Made by a program: the position numbers and the translations under genes | From: a virus | DNA: 64,000 nucleotides | Direction: 5' to 3' (one strand) | IMG/VR virus record: IMGVR_UViG_3300028920_000027 | Span: 1 to 64,000 of that record | Shown: positions 45,852 through 53,705 of the stretch, piece after piece | How positions within the stretch are numbered: position 1 is the stretch's first letter | Layout: the number at the start of each line of letters is the position of its first letter | Notes under the pieces: generated by a model | Database searches by the model: none | Seen by the model: only the letters and a program-made list of their open reading frames with translations | Told to the model about the DNA's origin: nothing

Positions 45852-45860
45852 ATAAAAGGA
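45852..45860 (-). promoter_or_regulatory. Candidate late-promoter motif TCCTTTTAT at the start of the structural block
   Basis: 16 nt upstream of ATG 45835; identical to 6598-6606. Confidence 0.55.
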
Positions 45861-45914
45861 AACCCTAGTCTCATCGGGAACCTACGCCCAGTTCGACCCC
45901 AAACTCCTTGGCAA

Positions 45915-46088
45915 CGGTCGCCCCTTCAAACCACGCCGACCGCAAAACCCCAAATTAAGAGGGGTAAAGGAGGGCCTATGACCCCCTTTGACCTAGCGAC
46001 CTTCGTCGCGCCCATCGTCATCCGCCTCAGGCGGTGGCGGGGCCTAAAGCGACGATAAGGTCGGACGGAAGGGGTTTACCCTCCCGTC
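45915..46088. other. Hairpin-dense non-coding spacer (possible structured RNA or termination zone)
   Basis: At least five adjacent inverted repeats, e.g. 45997-46009/46049-46063 and 46064-46073/46079-46088. Confidence 0.45.
45978..46058 (+). CDS. Possible 26-aa peptide MTPFDLATFVAPIVIRLRRWRGLKRR
   Basis: AAAGGAGG RBS at 45966-45973, ATG at 45978, TAA at 46056-46058; could be chance. Confidence 0.3.
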   Translation: MTPFDLATFVAPIVIRLRRWRGLKRR

Positions 46089-46092
46089 GCCA

Positions 46093-46541
46093 TTACCCGC
46101 CAAAACGCTGGCGATTGATGTGGGCAGAAGATGCCCACACACAGTTCGCGGGCCACCCCTCGCGGCGGCACTCCTCGCACTTGCCGCAGGAATAGTGCCC
46201 CCTCAAGCCACGCCGGGTGAACTTGAACTTCGGGTCAGGCTTATGAAGTCGCCTACCCACTCGGGGTGGATCTTGACACCGTGCCCGCCCCAGTCAGGAT
46301 AGTTGCTGCTCTTGAGGTTGAGGCAGCGGTCTTTCATAGCAAGCCAAACGTTGTGCTCGGGTGTGTGGCTCATACCGTGCTTGAAGTTGGTACGGTGCCC
46401 CCTGCGTACGGGGCGCAGATCGACACCCTGACCCCACTTGCTCTGGGCCCGTTGGTTGTTGTTCTGCTCGAGTACCGTTGCCCAGCGCACGTTTCCGGGC
46501 TCGTAGTTGCCGTTGACGTCCTTGCGGTCAAAAACACTCAT
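46093..46541 (-). pseudogene. Decayed tandem HNH homing endonuclease
   Basis: Begins mid-domain (FDRKDVNGNYEPGNVRWAT), then HGMSHTPEHNVWLAMKDRC..EW. After a frameshift near 46240 it continues PDPKFKFTRRGLRGHYSCGKCEECRREGWPANCVWA to TAA 46093-46095. Confidence 0.85.
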
Positions 46542-47280
46542 CTCCCCCACGCCCGCTCCATTGGGGCAATTTCACCTCGCGAAGAATGTTAAAGCGCTTC
46601 ATCCGTATAGTACTGAAAATCTGTTCATACGGCTTGAGGGTCTCGTCGTCGGAGGCCATTTCGGTCAGCCTGTCCACAGCCTTGAAGAACCTGTGCCTAA
46701 CTCGGCCCTGGGTAAGGCACAAGCGCTTGGCGACCTCGCTCTGGCAAGTCGTCGCCCACATCCCGACAAGGATTTCAACGTCCACCTGTATGGTCCCAAC
46801 ACCCCGACAAATGGGACAGTCCTCACCCTTGCAGCCCTGGGGGCAGTGGACCTGGCTGGGGAACACCCTAGCCAGGTCCCGTCGCATCTCTTCCTCAGCC
46901 ACCTGAGGGATGCTCAAGAGGAACTTGATGCGCTTGATCCCACGGTCGAGCCGATAACTAATGGCCGCCTGTGTCACCCCGAAAATGGTGGCAATATCAG
47001 CCTGGCGCTTCCCGTGGACGAAATAGAGGTAGATAAGGTCGGCTTCTCGTTCAGGAATGCGTTCGAGCAACGGGGCGACCCGGGCCTCGTAGTCTTCGGT
47101 CGCCGAAAATAACTCTGCGATGTCTTCAGGGTCGACAGGATTACCTTCGTCGTCAAAGACATACTCTGGGTCCTCGTCGTCATTGGCAGCCTCTTCATCC
47201 CATGGGTGAACTACATCTATCGGATTGCTGAATCGTTGGGCCAATTCATGGGGGTCCACTGGAATGATGTATGCTGCCAT
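46528..47280 (-). CDS. Sigma-70 region-4-like double-HTH regulator
   Basis: Start MAAYII at 47280. IPEREADLIYLYFVHGKRQADIATIFGVTQAAISYRL, second HTH QSEVAKRLCLTQGRV, and a CPQGC..CPICRG insert; no region 2 visible. Confidence 0.75.
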   Translation of the reverse strand: MAAYIIPVDPHELAQRFSNPIDVVHPWDEEAANDDEDPEYVFDDEGNPVDPEDIAELFSATEDYEARVAPLLERIPEREADLIYLYFVHGKRQADIATIFGVTQAAISYRLDRGIKRIKFLLSIPQVAEEEMRRDLARVFPSQVHCPQGCKGEDCPICRGVGTIQVDVEILVGMWATTCQSEVAKRLCLTQGRVRHRFFKAVDRLTEMASDDETLKPYEQIFSTIRMKRFNILREVKLPQWSGRGGDECF

Positions 47281-49117
47281 TCTCGATCCTCGGCCCCAAC
47301 AGGGCATCCAGAATGGGGTCGGGGTTGACCCCAATCTCCCGCAGTCGGGAGGCAATACGATCTACATCTTCATCTGGGTTTGTGAGAAAGACAGTAACGT
47401 TTTGAAGGGTCATCAACTCGACGTTGAGAGTCACCTGCGGCTTAGCAGTTTGAAGCTGCTCGTACTGCCGCCCGGAGAGCCCGGCCAACCCCGACTTGAA
47501 AACCCCCTCCACGGTCCCGTGTGTCCGGACAAGATCCCTGAGGACTTTCTTTGGTACTCTGGCAACTCCTGGGATCTCATCGGACGTATCTCCGCAAAGA
47601 GCCCTAAGCTGTACCATTGAACTTGGAAGTACCCCAAACAGTTTCTCAACATCGGCCGGAGAGGTGAACTCCAACTCCTTCCGACCCCCAACTGCTGGCT
47701 GCAAAACATGGGTCGTCAGGGTCACCAACTGAAGCAGGTCGTTGTCGGTGGAGAAGACGACGTTGACCTGACCCTTCAGATGATCGCGCGTCAGGGTTGC
47801 AATAACATCATCGGCCTCGGCCTCCGGATTGATGCCCTGATAGACCCCCAGAGCCGGAAGGATCTCCATCAAATAGTCGATCTGGTTGAAGCCCCTGTCA
47901 GAACTGGAAAATTTTGACATCCTCGATTGACGCTTTGCCTTATACCCCGGAAAAGCGTCCTTCCGGCTCTGGGACGACCCCGGAGCGTCCCAGGCGACAT
48001 ACAGCCGCGCGTTGGGGTACCGCTTGCGTAGAGAACCTAACCCTCGCAAAAAACCGAAGATCACGCCCGTCGGGCGTCCCAACTCATCGGTCAAGTCCTT
48101 CAAATTGGGTGCGTGTAGGCACCTGTAGGCCAAGTTCATCCCATCCACGATGACGTTCTGAGTCACATCGCCTCCATCCAGTTGTGCAACCTGCTGAGCC
48201 AGCCGATCGCAAGCGTCCACAAGCCGTTGGAATCTTTCCAGGACCCCCTGCATCCACGCCAACTCCACGATGACGTTCTCGATACCTGCCACCTTCCGAC
48301 CCAAGAAGTCTGTCTGATAGAAGGTTACAAACGACCACAATCTGCGACCCTTAACTACCCACTCTCCCAGCTGCTCGAACTCCGCCATGCTACTGTTGCA
48401 GTGCACAACGAGGGCGTCAGATGCGTTCGCGACTAGCGACCAAAGACGGCAACCCCGAAACTGCCAGTCAGCGAACCGCGAGTAATCCCCCCACGCCTCC
48501 TTCAACGGCAACAGGGGCTGGTCCTCCCAGGTCAGGTAGGGTCGCGCGTGCATCAGCCATTCGCGCAACCGCGAGACGTGGTGTGCCATGGGAGACCCAG
48601 GAGCACGCTCGATGACCTTCAGGAAGGTTCGCGGCAACGTAAGCAGACTTTGCTTACTCCGTAATTGAACGTAAACCTGAACCTTTCCCTGCTCAGGAAT
48701 GTCGGCGACGACTTGTGCCGGAATCGACTGATAGGGGCCTTTGACGATCTCCACAGTGTCGCCAATACAAATCCCCTGGTCGGCCTCGATGCGTACCTGA
48801 CGCTTCAGACGCTCGACATCTGCATCGGTCACGGTCGACAAGCGACGATCTTTCCCATTACCCTCCGCCAAAAGGCTCTGCACGTAACGGGAACCTTCGA
48901 GCTTGAGGTAGGCCGCGTCCTCGTGGTCGCGGCGCACGAAAGCGTACCCGTCCATCAAGTAGCGAACGACCCGGTCCTCCCCAATCTGGGTGATGCTCGC
49001 AGGAATGAATACCTCCCCCTCCCCCCCAATAACTCGTAGGATGGACTTCGAGATCTCGTCAGGATCCTCAGACTCCCCGCGCAGGCTAAGCTCCAGAACT
49101 ACCCAATCAGTTGGCAT
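47246..49117 (-). CDS. NusG-like (NGN+KOW) domain fused to a 5'-3' exonuclease (PolA-N/FEN)
   Basis: Start MPTDWVV at 49117. EVFIP, GYAFV and IGDTVEIVKGPY (KOW); later VIVDGMNLAY, VAWDA, EAEADDVIA, STDNDLLQL and GDTSDEIPGV. Confidence 0.85.
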   Translation of the reverse strand: MPTDWVVLELSLRGESEDPDEISKSILRVIGGEGEVFIPASITQIGEDRVVRYLMDGYAFVRRDHEDAAYLKLEGSRYVQSLLAEGNGKDRRLSTVTDADVERLKRQVRIEADQGICIGDTVEIVKGPYQSIPAQVVADIPEQGKVQVYVQLRSKQSLLTLPRTFLKVIERAPGSPMAHHVSRLREWLMHARPYLTWEDQPLLPLKEAWGDYSRFADWQFRGCRLWSLVANASDALVVHCNSSMAEFEQLGEWVVKGRRLWSFVTFYQTDFLGRKVAGIENVIVELAWMQGVLERFQRLVDACDRLAQQVAQLDGGDVTQNVIVDGMNLAYRCLHAPNLKDLTDELGRPTGVIFGFLRGLGSLRKRYPNARLYVAWDAPGSSQSRKDAFPGYKAKRQSRMSKFSSSDRGFNQIDYLMEILPALGVYQGINPEAEADDVIATLTRDHLKGQVNVVFSTDNDLLQLVTLTTHVLQPAVGGRKELEFTSPADVEKLFGVLPSSMVQLRALCGDTSDEIPGVARVPKKVLRDLVRTHGTVEGVFKSGLAGLSGRQYEQLQTAKPQVTLNVELMTLQNVTVFLTNPDEDVDRIASRLREIGVNPDPILDALLGPRIENGSIHHSSGPP

Positions 49118-51881
49118 CGCTCCTCGGGCTGGAAGTACGGACCAAGTACGCCTGGTGAGCGCGCCGCCACTCGGTGGGAGGGAGGAGTCGAAGCCCGCCG
49201 GGGACGCTCTGACGAGGAATCTCAACCTGGGGTGGCGGTTTCCGCTCATGACCCCGAGGTCGTTGGTGAGGCACTCCTTGCTCATCCAACGTCGTCAACG
49301 CCGCAAAGTCATTGCTCCCAAGTGAACCGATCCCATCTGGGCGACCGTGGGCCGGCATGGCAAGCGGCGGTGGAGGCTTGGGGGACTCCTGCTCTGGAGC
49401 CTCGCTCTCCACCTCCGCAGACGCCACAGGAGCAGAAATGGGGGCTGTGGCCTCCACTGGGGAAGGAGGTAATGCCAGAGGGGCTACAACTTGAAGGACC
49501 ATGGGCTGTGAGGGCACGACCGCTGTTTGAGGTATGCCACCACCCCCGGAAAGTGCAACGACGTCACACACCAACCCTGCCTTGGTCACGTGACGCACAC
49601 GCAAAAAGTACTCAGCCAGCTTCGTTACATTGTCCTTGAAAAGACTATACACCTGTTTGGCGAGACCCCGATCCATCAAACTGAAAGGCGCATGCATCTT
49701 GTAGGCGAGCCGATAGCTATTCATGGCCGCCTCGGCGAGGCCCGCGGCAACGTCGTCAGGGTCCAGAGTACCGCATAAATCGTCTACGATCCTGGCAGCC
49801 TCCCCAGGTTGACCCAGAGACAGGAGCACCTTGTAGTACTGAGTGACAGCATCGAGCCTGAGGTATGTTCGAGCCGACTCCAAGGATACAGGTCCAAGCT
49901 GGGCGATCATTTCGAGCTTGTTCAAGATGTCTCGAACATGGCCCTGCGAATGATCGATGACCACCAACAGGGCGTCATCCTCGTACTCAACCTTTTCAGC
50001 CTCCAAGATCTTCCTGAGCCTGACCTGGACATCATCGCGCGTGATGGGGCGCATAATGTGCTCCTCGCACCGTGACCGGATCGTGGAGCGGATCTTGTTG
50101 CCTTCGGTGGTGCAGAGGATGGCAACGAACCTCTTGTCTTCAATGGGCTTGAGCAGTACGTCCTGCGAGTCGCGGCTCATGCGGTGCATTTCGTCAAAAA
50201 CAATGACGCGCTTGGCGGCCCCCGGGACGTTAAACGCCAACTCATCGACGATGCGTCGAACGTTATCGATGGTGCCCGAGCTAGCGGCGTCCAACTCCTT
50301 GTAGGCCACCGAGGCTTCAGTCAACTGGGCTTGGCAGTTGTCGCAGCTGTTACAGGGCTCGCTCCCCCCTTGAAGGTCTTGGCAGAGCAGTGCCCGGGCC
50401 AGGATGCGAGCCAGGGTCGTGTTGTGGTTCATGAACCCCCCAGCTGCAAACATCTCTTGTCCAGGGACCGAAAGGTCAAACACTTCTGCCCGGCCCGGAG
50501 ATGTTTCGATTACCGGATCGAAGTAGTACCCTGTATCCAGCAAGTGCTTGAAGTGGGCATACCCAGGGCACCCTTTGAACTCGCTGACAATGCGCTGGAC
50601 CTGGCGATCCGTACACGACACACGCCCCCTCCGTGCCTGGAAGAAGTGGCTGGTGTCATGAGTCCGCAACTCAGAAGAAAGGCTCTCATAGAAGAAACGT
50701 AGGTGGGCCGCTTGGTAGGGCACCACTTCGTAAGTATTGGATAGTTGACGGCGACCCTTAGCGTGTCCACGAACGAGAGACCGTTGTAGCTGGCCCCGCT
50801 TTCGAGCCGAAAGAAAACCTACCTTGGACGCGAACACGTCGAGGGATGAGCGCCGAATACCGACCCTCCAGTAGACCCCGTACTCCGGATGGGGCTTGGG
50901 GCGCCGATAGGCCACCACCCCTAAATTCAACAACATCGCCTGCACCTGACGAGCGAGCTTAGGGCTCTTGGTGAGGGCCTCTACTCGGTACCCCGAGACG
51001 CTACCGTCACACTCAAAGTAACCTCGCAGAAACTCGCAAACGAGATGCTCAGGGGAGACCCTGATGGACCATGGCATTTCCTTCCCGCCAGCCTTCGCAT
51101 AGGAAACCCCGAGGAATGCCAGAAAATCCCTGAACTGAACACTGCTGCATCGAACCGCAACGAGACCTGGGCGCCGTTTGTCTGGTGAAATGAAACTCCC
51201 CCCGCCCAGGCGGTCTAAAAGACGCCTGGCATCATCCACGGTATCAGGCTCAGCTGTATGGACCGAGACACTTGTCCTACTCGTGCATGAACCGTCCCCT
51301 GCCAGATAGCCCAGCAACCGTGCCCACTCCAAGCTCAGGGTAGTCGGGGGGTTGAAGTCATGGCTGCTATGGTCATGGGGTCGTTTCGCGTAGGAGTAAC
51401 CCTCAATCAAAGGCCCTGTGCCAAAAAGTCCTGTCCCTCGCGAAAGGCACGCATAATCACCTTTGCGCACTTGACCTATCTCCCTCCACTCAATCTCACC
51501 CGATTTAGCCAGGATCTTGATGCGATGGTGGGGGGTCCCTTCGATGAAGAAGCCCAAACTAGTCTTGATGCGAACTGTGTCCCGGACCCCACCTCGATAC
51601 GAGAAAGCTGCCTCACCCACCCCCTGTTCTTGCCCAACGACAATATGCACAGGGTCGACGACATGGGGCCCACCCATAAGGTCTCCTATTTCGAGCAAAC
51701 CACGGTTCGTAGGGACCAAGGTCTCCTTAGACACACACTTCCCACGCCCGTGCCCGCCCGAGAAGATGTAGCTCGTGTCCAGGGCAGTCCCATTCTTCAA
51801 GCGCTGCTTGAGCACCTGGACAGGGCCCTCCTGCCCTAGCACGTCACCAAAAACGCGAGGTCGATACTTGATATCCCACAC
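49107..51881 (-). CDS. dnaX: DNA polymerase III gamma/tau-type clamp loader with intein
   Basis: KYRP..F.DV.GQ, SGGHGRGK|TT, EPCNSCDNC Zn module, ELDAAS, DEMHRM, IRSRC (SRC motif); Pro-rich tail. Confidence 0.95.
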   Translation of the reverse strand: MWDIKYRPRVFGDVLGQEGPVQVLKQRLKNGTALDTSYIFSGGHGRGKCVSKETLVPTNRGLLEIGDLMGGPHVVDPVHIVVGQEQGVGEAAFSYRGGVRDTVRIKTSLGFFIEGTPHHRIKILAKSGEIEWREIGQVRKGDYACLSRGTGLFGTGPLIEGYSYAKRPHDHSSHDFNPPTTLSLEWARLLGYLAGDGSCTSRTSVSVHTAEPDTVDDARRLLDRLGGGSFISPDKRRPGLVAVRCSSVQFRDFLAFLGVSYAKAGGKEMPWSIRVSPEHLVCEFLRGYFECDGSVSGYRVEALTKSPKLARQVQAMLLNLGVVAYRRPKPHPEYGVYWRVGIRRSSLDVFASKVGFLSARKRGQLQRSLVRGHAKGRRQLSNTYEVVPYQAAHLRFFYESLSSELRTHDTSHFFQARRGRVSCTDRQVQRIVSEFKGCPGYAHFKHLLDTGYYFDPVIETSPGRAEVFDLSVPGQEMFAAGGFMNHNTTLARILARALLCQDLQGGSEPCNSCDNCQAQLTEASVAYKELDAASSGTIDNVRRIVDELAFNVPGAAKRVIVFDEMHRMSRDSQDVLLKPIEDKRFVAILCTTEGNKIRSTIRSRCEEHIMRPITRDDVQVRLRKILEAEKVEYEDDALLVVIDHSQGHVRDILNKLEMIAQLGPVSLESARTYLRLDAVTQYYKVLLSLGQPGEAARIVDDLCGTLDPDDVAAGLAEAAMNSYRLAYKMHAPFSLMDRGLAKQVYSLFKDNVTKLAEYFLRVRHVTKAGLVCDVVALSGGGGIPQTAVVPSQPMVLQVVAPLALPPSPVEATAPISAPVASAEVESEAPEQESPKPPPPLAMPAHGRPDGIGSLGSNDFAALTTLDEQGVPHQRPRGHERKPPPQVEIPRQSVPGGLRLLPPTEWRRAHQAYLVRTSSPRSDAN
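50421..51737 (-). mobile_element. Intein with LAGLIDADG endonuclease in DnaX (439 aa)
   Basis: Starts CVSKET (aa 49), TPHHR, LLGYLAGDG, FLRGYFECDG, ends NHN before Thr. Confidence 0.95.
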
Positions 51882-51895
51882 AGGCCGACCTCTGG

Positions 51896-52393
51896 TTACT
51901 CGGTCAAGGTTAAGAGATCATTGATCTTGACATCTTCAGCTGAGGTCTCTTCCTCGATGATCTCTTCTATTTGGATGGCCTTGGCTACATTGACGAACCC
52001 TTCGAGGCCCGGATGCCACGCACCATACCGTTCCAGAATCGTGGCGAACTCGCTAACGTCGGGTTCGCGAGTGCTCCACTTCATTTCCCCGGATTTCTCG
52101 TCTTCCTGACCACAGCACCGTTCCAATAAATGATCGACTAGTGCCGTCCGTTGGTCGGCGTCCAATTCGTTCCAGCTGTCAAGGCCAACTTCGATGATGA
52201 AGGTCTTATTCGTGAGCCAGGTCAAGAAGGGGCTGCACTTCTTGACCGTGCCCAGAATGGTCTTACCATTCCTGACGCTGGACTTGTCGACGAACACCCA
52301 CAGGATGGCCGCATCGGCCAACTCCGCGTGGTAGTTTGCAATCAGATTACTCGCGATCTGTCCCATCGCGTCACCGGGTTCATAGGTCTTCAT
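51896..52393 (-). CDS. Phage metallopeptidase-family protein, degenerate active site
   Basis: FIIEVGLDSWNELDADQRTALVDHLLERC...PDVSEFATILERYGAW matches the family, but HELxH reads HLLER. Confidence 0.7.
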   Translation of the reverse strand: MKTYEPGDAMGQIASNLIANYHAELADAAILWVFVDKSSVRNGKTILGTVKKCSPFLTWLTNKTFIIEVGLDSWNELDADQRTALVDHLLERCCGQEDEKSGEMKWSTREPDVSEFATILERYGAWHPGLEGFVNVAKAIQIEEIIEEETSAEDVKINDLLTLTE

Positions 52394-52396
52394 CAA

Positions 52397-53104
52397 TCAC
52401 ACCACTAGGTTGGGGTCCAATCCTTCCATGAATACACCAAATCGCTCATCTCCCCAAGCTTCCCAAAGATCTCCCCAGTCCTTGGACAGCTTACTCTCTC
52501 CCTCAGGCGCAGCCATGGGTACGGCAGGGGGTAGGGCCACTTCGATACGCTCGAACTCGTCTTGGTGATCCCGACGGAAGGCGTAGGCTACCTTGCGACC
52601 CGTCTCGTCGTTGTCGTAGCCGATCCACACCTGATCGACCATTCGGTGCAAAATCCTGAGTAAATCAGGGGAAATCCCTGCCTTAAGCGTAGCCACCACC
52701 TCAGGGTAGGTCCGTTGGACCGGGCACAGGTCGAACACCCCCTCGACCAACCAGATCCGGTTGCTCTGCCAGATGTGTGGCATGGCCTGATGTAGCCCGA
52801 AGAGGACCGCCTCGTCCCCTTCAAGTAAGTAGTCCATGTAGCCCTTGCGGACGATGGGGCGGAACTGAATGCCCTTGACTTGCCCTACCGAGTTCGTCAA
52901 CGGGAAAACCCAGACCCGGTTCAGGCGGTGCTTCTCAGCCCACCTGGCAAACCCAGGCGGCAAGCCCTCAGGCATCTCGTCCAGGTAGCCAACGTGGTAA
53001 AAGTCAATCTGCTCATCGGTCATGCCCCGACGCCACAAGCGGAAACGAAGGTCCTCGTCGAGCTGTTGCTCGGCGTGCTGCACCAGGCCGTCAATCCAGG
53101 TCAT
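52397..53104 (-). CDS. DnaG-like primase catalytic core (Toprim), no Zn-binding domain
   Basis: RGM..EQIDFYHVGY, WVFPLTNSVGQVKGIQFR, WLVEGVFD, IGYDNDETG. Confidence 0.85.
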   Translation of the reverse strand: MTWIDGLVQHAEQQLDEDLRFRLWRRGMTDEQIDFYHVGYLDEMPEGLPPGFARWAEKHRLNRVWVFPLTNSVGQVKGIQFRPIVRKGYMDYLLEGDEAVLFGLHQAMPHIWQSNRIWLVEGVFDLCPVQRTYPEVVATLKAGISPDLLRILHRMVDQVWIGYDNDETGRKVAYAFRRDHQDEFERIEVALPPAVPMAAPEGESKLSKDWGDLWEAWGDERFGVFMEGLDPNLVV

Positions 53105-53705
53105 TGACCACCATCACCGCGCGGCCAATGCGAGTCACCATCAACCCCACGCGGTCATCAACCCGCGAATAAATCCCCGCCAAACCTGGTGCCGCCAAGA
53201 GTAGAATCACGCCAGGAGGGCCCGGTAACACTTGAAGCCCACCCTCGATCTCCGCCACACACCCCATCGTCAACACCAACTCATCAATGGACTTGCCGTC
53301 CAAACCTGGACAAATGGGGGCCATCCTGTCACGCGCCAAGACCAGGTACCGAGGCTGGTAACCTTGACTCGTCATTGCAGCCACCGCAGCCTTTAGAGTC
53401 ATCTGATACGCCCCGGGAAATGGCGACCTGGAAGGGCGCGAGGCTCCCTCTATGATCCGAGCTTGTAAACCAACCAGCAGCTTCGACTCATCCTCCAAGC
53501 TGCACTCGCTGAACGCGAACCGAACGCGGCCGTTCCGTATGCCAGGTTGGACAGCCATCCCCCTCATATTGGTGACCAGAATCGGAAGGTCTTCGGAAGT
53601 AACCCTTCGTTCCGATATCACAGGGGTGGCAAACCCGCCCCCGTGAGCAATGCTGGCAGCCTGTCGTCGGTTTCGCTCGACATGAAAAATGCGTTCAAGA
53701 GTCAT
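53091..53705 (-). CDS. Hypothetical protein, possible truncated capsid-protein paralog
   Basis: 204 aa; C-terminal half aligns by eye with the A-domain region of MCP 24881-25759. Confidence 0.6.
   Translation of the reverse strand: MTLERIFHVERNRRQAASIAHGGGFATPVISERRVTSEDLPILVTNMRGMAVQPGIRNGRVRFAFSECSLEDESKLLVGLQARIIEGASRPSRSPFPGAYQMTLKAAVAAMTSQGYQPRYLVLARDRMAPICPGLDGKSIDELVLTMGCVAEIEGGLQVLPGPPGVILLLAAPGLAGIYSRVDDRVGLMVTRIGRAVMVVNDLD

Noticed and set aside
45861-45900. GGGGTCGAAC...GGTTCCCGA on the minus strand as a tmRNA or tRNA end
   Set aside because: No matching acceptor stem, T-arm GTTCRANYC or CCA end could be found.
46225-46250. Programmed frameshift restoring the HNH gene
   Set aside because: No slippery heptamer at the junction, conserved residues are deleted there, and the gene is also 5'-truncated.
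47359-47369. Third GATCTACATCT copy
   Set aside because: It lies inside the exonuclease CDS (D-E-D-V-D codons) and lacks the AGGGG flank; likely chance.
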